64,000 bases of DNA from Spirochaetia bacterium (lineage in GTDB: Bacteria > Spirochaetota > Spirochaetia > SZUA-6 > Bin103), in contig CBDATQ010000002.1 of NCBI GenBank assembly GCA_965199955.1, positions 256,001-320,000 on the forward strand, given 5' to 3'. Positions 59,199 through 64,000 of the stretch are shown piece after piece. A model generated the notes under the pieces. That model worked only from the letters and a program-made list of their open reading frames with translations, had not been told where the DNA came from and made no database searches. How positions within the stretch are numbered: position 1 is the stretch's first letter; each line of letters opens with the position of its first letter. The translations under genes were made by a program, and so were the position numbers.

Positions 59199-60272
59199 AT
59201 GCTCGTGCCGGTGAGCGGGGCGGAAGCGGCCACCAGCGGTGCCGCGGGCGATGGATGCGGCGGCCTCCGGGCACGGCGTGTCGATTTGGACGCGCTGGCC
59301 GGCGACGAGCTGCTGCAGAGCGGGTTCTGGGGATCCTTTCGCGCCCGGCTCGGCTGGCGCCCGCTGGCGGTCGCCGTTTCCGGCGCCGGCGTCGCCGGAA
59401 CGGTTCTCCTGCTCTGCCGCCGGACGCCGGCCGGCACCTTCGTGTACTGCCCGCTGGGGCCGGGGGCCGAGCCGCCTTCAGCGGCGTGCGGCGCCTATCT
59501 CGATCGTCTGGCGCGAGCGGCGCGGCCGCTGCTGCCGCCGGCCAGCTTCGCCGTCCGTTTCGATCCGCCGTGGCCGGAGGAGCGCTGGTCCGGCCGGTGG
59601 CGCGCGGCCCCGGCCGTGCAGCCGCAGAGCACCGTGATCGTCGACCTGCAGCGTGGCGAAGCCGATCTGCTGGCCGCGATGAAACCGAAGACGCGCTACA
59701 ACGTCCGGCTCGCCGAGCGCCGGGGCGTCGTCGTGCGCGAAGTGGGCGCCGCGGGGCTCGACGGCTGGTACCGCCTGCATCGCGACATGGCCCGCCGCCA
59801 GGGCATCACCCGGCACAGCCTGCGCTACTTCCGAGAGCTGTTTCTGACCGCCGACACCTGCCCCGGCCGCCGTCCGCGCCTGCTGCTGTTGATGGCCGCA
59901 TACGAGGGTGAGGACGTGGCCGGCATCGTCGTGTCGCTGTTCGGCCGGCGCGCGCGCTATCTGTATGGCGCGTCGTCGGATCGCCACCGGCACGCGATGC
60001 CCAACTACGGCCTGCAATGGACGGGGATGCGGCTGGCGCGGGAAGCCGGATGCCATACCTACGACCTGTTCGGCATTCCCCGCACGGCCGACCCCGCGCT
60101 GCCGATGGCCGGCCTCTATCGCATGAAGACCGGGTTCGGGGGGGAGATCGTGCACCGCGCACCCGCCCACGACGCGGTGCTCAACCGGCCGCGACACGCC
60201 GCGTTTCGCGGGGCGGAGCGGGCACGGACCTGGTACCTGCATCGCGGCCACGCTCCGGGACACGGGGGCTGA
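59199..60272 (+). CDS. FemABX family peptidoglycan-bridge aminoacyl transferase
   Basis: LLQSGFWG, MKPKTRYNVRLA, YLYGASS, YDLFGI, GLYRMKTGFGG. Confidence 0.9.
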   Translation: MLVPVSGAEAATSGAAGDGCGGLRARRVDLDALAGDELLQSGFWGSFRARLGWRPLAVAVSGAGVAGTVLLLCRRTPAGTFVYCPLGPGAEPPSAACGAYLDRLARAARPLLPPASFAVRFDPPWPEERWSGRWRAAPAVQPQSTVIVDLQRGEADLLAAMKPKTRYNVRLAERRGVVVREVGAAGLDGWYRLHRDMARRQGITRHSLRYFRELFLTADTCPGRRPRLLLLMAAYEGEDVAGIVVSLFGRRARYLYGASSDRHRHAMPNYGLQWTGMRLAREAGCHTYDLFGIPRTADPALPMAGLYRMKTGFGGEIVHRAPAHDAVLNRPRHAAFRGAERARTWYLHRGHAPGHGG

Positions 60273-60306
60273 CCCCGCCCGCGGCGGGCGGCTTCGATAG
60301 CTGGAG

Positions 60307-60792
60307 CTAGAAGAATCCGCCCGGGGCGGCCCCCTCGATCCGGAACAGCGGCCTGCCGGCGCTCAGCCCCGGCCAGGGAATCGCGGCGCCGACCAGGAGC
60401 AGCGTGACCACCACGGCGACAACCGTTCGCCGGAAACGCCGCTCTGCCGGCGCGCGCTTGATCCGCCCGGTGGCGATGCTCATGAACGTGACCGCGATCG
60501 CCATGAGAAGCGTGTGCTCCACCAGGAAGTAGCGGAGTTGCGCGTCGCGCATCGCGGCGCCGAGGTCCTCCATCGCCACGCGGACCAGCGGGCTGAACGC
60601 CACGTACAGCAGCAGACCGATCAGGAACTGCAGGGACAGCAGGTGGGTCGCCGCCTGCAGGAGCGCCGTGTCTCCCCGGCGCCACTGCGCCCGGCCCGCC
60701 CAGCCGGACGCACCGCGTACCAGCAGCAGCAGGAGCAGCAGCAGCAACGGCCAGCGCAGGTAGGAGTGCGCGATCAGCAGAATCGAGTACAC
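60307..60792 (-). CDS. 4-TM membrane protein with conserved-looking His residues
   Basis: AHSYLRW, QFLIGLLLY, VEHTLLM, AIPWP; TATGTT lies 6 nt before GTG. Confidence 0.8.
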   Translation of the reverse strand: MYSILLIAHSYLRWPLLLLLLLLLVRGASGWAGRAQWRRGDTALLQAATHLLSLQFLIGLLLYVAFSPLVRVAMEDLGAAMRDAQLRYFLVEHTLLMAIAVTFMSIATGRIKRAPAERRFRRTVVAVVVTLLLVGAAIPWPGLSAGRPLFRIEGAAPGGFF

Positions 60793-60823
60793 CCGGAGAA
60801 CATAGGGCCGCGGGCGGCCGGCA

Positions 60824-62224
60824 TCAAAGCGATGCCGCGAGCTGCCGAACCAGCGCCCGGAAGCGGTCGCCTCGGTCGAATTCGTTGCGGAACATCCCGA
60901 ACGACGCGCACGCCGGGGAGAGCAGCACCGTCGCTCCGGGCGGGGCTGCCCGCCGCGCCGCCCCGAAAGCCTCCTCCAGTGACGGGAACGGGCCGTCGCA
61001 GGCCACCCCGGCGCGGCGCAACGCCGAGTCGAGCTTGGCCGTGGCGCTGCCGGCGAGCAGCGCGCAGCGGAGCACGGATCCTGCCGAGGCGGCCAGTTCG
61101 GTGAAGTCGAGATCCTTGTCCGCTCCGCCGGCCAGCAGCACCACCGGAGCCGTCACGCCGGCCAGCGCCGCGATCGTCGCCTCGGGTATGGTGGCTGCCG
61201 AGTCGTTCACGAAACGGACGCCCGCCACTTCGCCGACGGGCTCCAGGCGGTGCGGCAGCCCGCGGAATCGGCGGAGAGCCCGACGTATCGTCGCCGGCTC
61301 GATGCCGAACGAGGCCGCCGCCGCCGCCGCCGCCATCAGGTTGCTGCCGATGACGCGGCCGGCGGCCGGGAGCCACGCCGTGTCGAACGCGACGCCCGAG
61401 CGGCCTTCCACCGAGACGCGGCCCACGCCGTCCTGCAGCCATGCGCCGTCGCCCGCCGGACGCTGCCGGGCAGAGCACAGGACGATGCGGGCGGCGGCGC
61501 CGTCGGCGAAGCGCCGGTGCCACGGATCGTCGGCGTTGAGCACCAGCGCCGCGCCCGGCGGCTGTGCCTCGGCGATGACACGCTTGTCCTGCAGGTACTC
61601 TTCCATGGAGCCGTATCGGTTCTGGTGATCGCGCAGCAGGTTGGTGACCACGGCCACCGGCGGCGCCAGCAGGCCGCGACCGCGCAGGTCCCCCAACTGC
61701 CAGGACGACAGCTCGAGTACCACCGGGGTGTCCGCGGTCAGCTCGTCCAGGAAGTCCAGCGGCGAGCCGCCGATGTTCCCGCTCAGGCGGGTTTCCGCCT
61801 CCTTCTCGCCCAGTATCGCTGCCAGCGCGGCGGCGGTGGCGGATTTTCCCTTGCTGCCGGTGACCGCCAGCACCGGCGCCGGGCAACGGGCCAGGAACAG
61901 CGACTGCTCGGTCTCCACGTCCGCTCCGGCGTCGCGCGCCGCCGCCAGGAACGGCGAATCCGGAGGCACGCCGGGGTTCTTGACCACCAGGTCGCATGCG
62001 GTGAAATCACCCATCCGATGGCTCCCCAGGCTCAGCCCCACCCCGGCCGGCAGCGCACCGACTGCCGGCCGCAGCTCGCCGGCCGTCTTGAGATCGGTGA
62101 CGGTGACGCGAGCGCCGCGCGCGTGCAGGAAGCGGGCTGCCCCGAGGCCTCCGCCGTTGAGGCCGAGTCCCATGACGGTCGCGCGCAGCCCGCGCAACTC
62201 GGCGGCCGGCCGCCAGGCGGTCAG
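60824..62224 (-). CDS. murD: UDP-MurNAc-L-Ala:D-Glu ligase
   Basis: MGLGLNGGG, VKNPGV, TGSKGKS, LELSSWQL, PHRLE, NDSAAT, LSPACASF; start uncertain (CTG 62224 after GGAGG). Confidence 0.93.
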   Translation of the reverse strand: MTAWRPAAELRGLRATVMGLGLNGGGLGAARFLHARGARVTVTDLKTAGELRPAVGALPAGVGLSLGSHRMGDFTACDLVVKNPGVPPDSPFLAAARDAGADVETEQSLFLARCPAPVLAVTGSKGKSATAAALAAILGEKEAETRLSGNIGGSPLDFLDELTADTPVVLELSSWQLGDLRGRGLLAPPVAVVTNLLRDHQNRYGSMEEYLQDKRVIAEAQPPGAALVLNADDPWHRRFADGAAARIVLCSARQRPAGDGAWLQDGVGRVSVEGRSGVAFDTAWLPAAGRVIGSNLMAAAAAAASFGIEPATIRRALRRFRGLPHRLEPVGEVAGVRFVNDSAATIPEATIAALAGVTAPVVLLAGGADKDLDFTELAASAGSVLRCALLAGSATAKLDSALRRAGVACDGPFPSLEEAFGAARRAAPPGATVLLSPACASFGMFRNEFDRGDRFRALVRQLAASL

Positions 62225-63672
62225 TTGTCGGTCCCTCCCCGGTTCTGGCCGTCCGACGCCTGCGTGCCGACTGCCGACGCGGGAATCGGCACCCGTTCGA
62301 CCGGCTCCAGCCGCTCGATCACCCAATCCTTGCCGGTCCATCGCAGCCACAGTCGCTCGGTTACGAGCACGCCGGGTGGATCGGTCACGCTGGCGATGTC
62401 TTCGAGGTTGGGCGTCCAGAAGTGATAGTGGGCCCTGAAAATCGGCTGGGGCTGACCCTGTTCCGCGTGTATCTCCAGGTCCGTGATCCCGTAGACCCGA
62501 AACGGCGGTTGCTCGATCCGGCCCAGCTCATCCCACTCCGGCGCCGGCACGACTCGGCTTCCCCCTCGGTTGGCGAGAGCCATGCGGGACTCCAGGAACA
62601 TGTGCAGGGTTTCATTGATCAGCCCCTGGCCGGCATTGTCGGTGGCCGCGTCCTCCATCGGCTCCGTGTCCATCGCGTTGATGGATCCGTAGAACAGCTC
62701 GACCACCTCCGCCGGCTCCAGGCCGCGCGTGACCGGCGGCGCGAGCGCGCGGCCCAGGATCGGCACCAGGATCGAAAGCGCCACCGCCGCTCCGGCGCCC
62801 CAACCGATCAGCCGGCGCCAGTTGCGGTTGAGGAACCGGCTGCGCGCGAAGCGCCGTTCGGCCAGCTCCGCTTCGGTATCCGCTGCGCGGAGCGCCTCCG
62901 GCGGCGGATCGCCGAGCGCGGCGAGCGCGCCGGACGCGGCATCATCGCCGAGCAGCAGGTCCCACGAGGCAAGGGTGGGCACGCCCTGCGATCCCTGGCC
63001 CAGGGAAGACATCACGGTGTCGCACAGCTCGGCCGGAGCCGACGGCTGAAAGGCTCGTGGTGAGACCACAGGGAACCCGCGCACGCGGTCGTGGATCGCT
63101 TCCTCGGAATCCCCGTCGAACGGGTAGCGGCCGCACAGAATCCGGTACACGGCGACGCCCAGCGCGAACGCGAGCTGGTCGGGGCCCTGGCGGTGTGGAT
63201 GCAGGTAGCGCTCGACGTGCGCCAGGCGCTCGGCAGGTGACTTGACGCCGTTCAGCCGGTCCATCACCGCTGGCGGCAGCAGCAGCAGGCTGCCGTCCTC
63301 GGTGAAGACAACGGCGTCTCCCTGCAGTGGTCCGCCGAAGTCGACCCGCTCGGAGAGCGCTTTCAGGGCCGTCGCCAGCCGCTGCAGGCGCTGGCCGCGG
63401 ACCGGTGACGGCGGCTCGGTAAGCGCCTCGTCGAGGGTGACGCCGCCCATCCACGGACCGACCACGTAGACCTGTGCCCGGTGGTGCCGGTAGCCGGAGA
63501 AGCGCCAGACCTCGATGGTCGGAGGACTCCCGGCGGCGCCGTCCGACACGATCCAGCCGTCGGACTGCGTCACGGCGCCGAGCTGCGCAAGGCTGTACTG
63601 GTTGTGCCGCGACCCTGCCGGAATGCCGAGGAGCGCCTCGCCGTCCAGATCGAGCCGTTCGGGCCGTGCCAC
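62221..63672 (-). CDS. Membrane protein with a pseudokinase-like cytoplasmic domain
   Basis: FALGVAVYRILCGRYPFDGDS resembles kinase subdomain IX; no HRD or DFG; one TM then an extracytoplasmic domain. Confidence 0.65.
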   Translation of the reverse strand: MARPERLDLDGEALLGIPAGSRHNQYSLAQLGAVTQSDGWIVSDGAAGSPPTIEVWRFSGYRHHRAQVYVVGPWMGGVTLDEALTEPPSPVRGQRLQRLATALKALSERVDFGGPLQGDAVVFTEDGSLLLLPPAVMDRLNGVKSPAERLAHVERYLHPHRQGPDQLAFALGVAVYRILCGRYPFDGDSEEAIHDRVRGFPVVSPRAFQPSAPAELCDTVMSSLGQGSQGVPTLASWDLLLGDDAASGALAALGDPPPEALRAADTEAELAERRFARSRFLNRNWRRLIGWGAGAAVALSILVPILGRALAPPVTRGLEPAEVVELFYGSINAMDTEPMEDAATDNAGQGLINETLHMFLESRMALANRGGSRVVPAPEWDELGRIEQPPFRVYGITDLEIHAEQGQPQPIFRAHYHFWTPNLEDIASVTDPPGVLVTERLWLRWTGKDWVIERLEPVERVPIPASAVGTQASDGQNRGGTDN

Positions 63673-63683
63673 GTCGAGCCGTA

Positions 63684-64000
63684 CTATAGCTGATGGCGCG
63701 GCTGGCCGGGTGACGGGACCGCCTGCTCCGCGCCCGCGTCGCCACCGGAATCCGCGGGGCCGAGCAGCCGGCGCAGCCGCGCACGCTCCAGCCTCACGAA
63801 CAGGTTCTTCTCGCGTATGGGGACCACGGCTCCGGGCTCACCGCCCTTCACGCGCCGCAGGTTCTTCACCTGCGTGTAGTGGACGTCGGCGTGGCCGTTC
63901 CGGCGCGCCTTGCTGAAGAACACGGCCAGGGTGGCGGCATCCAGCAGCACCGGCAGCGGCGGGCTCTTGCCTCGCCGGGCGGAGAGGAACACGTGGGCTC
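63684..64000 (-). CDS. NFACT RNA-binding domain protein (RqcH/FbpA-like), C-terminal part
   Basis: HVFL...VLLDAATLAVFFSKAR...VHYTQVKNLRRVKGGEPGAV. Confidence 0.8.
   Translation of the reverse strand, partial: AHVFLSARRGKSPPLPVLLDAATLAVFFSKARRNGHADVHYTQVKNLRRVKGGEPGAVVPIREKNLFVRLERARLRRLLGPADSGGDAGAEQAVPSPGQPRHQL

Overview
High-GC bacterial DNA (roughly 70% by eye). The right half (about 35.5-64 kb) is core chromosome that looks like a spirochaete: divergent fabH / fabD-fabG-fabF, tRNA-Leu(CAA), archaeal-type pyrH, lolA, a RodZ-like protein, a UvrD/PcrA helicase, rplM-rpsI, recX, eno, murE with a DEDPR motif, hflKC, DUF2089-DUF4097, a FemABX-type transferase, murD and an NFACT-domain gene. 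The left half (1-35.5 kb) is accessory and partly decaying. It holds many small-molecule catabolic enzymes, a MazEF-type toxin-antitoxin pair, an ABC-ATPase plus DUF4276 (TOPRIM-like) candidate defence pair, two apparently identical 1962-bp IS1634-family elements in inverted orientation, an NCS2 permease fused to a degenerate RsbW-like domain, an IS-interrupted type I PKS acyltransferase remnant resembling sponge-symbiont SupA, a murB/debranching enzyme/membrane-fused NDH-2/His-repeat membrane protein operon, and katG. The best candidates for undescribed systems are the NDH-2 plus His-repeat membrane module, the ATPase-DUF4276 pair, the permease-pseudo-GHKL fusion and a pseudokinase coupled to murD. 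All family calls come from motif recognition by eye; no database search was run. Several 1-nt frameshifts could be sequencing errors.
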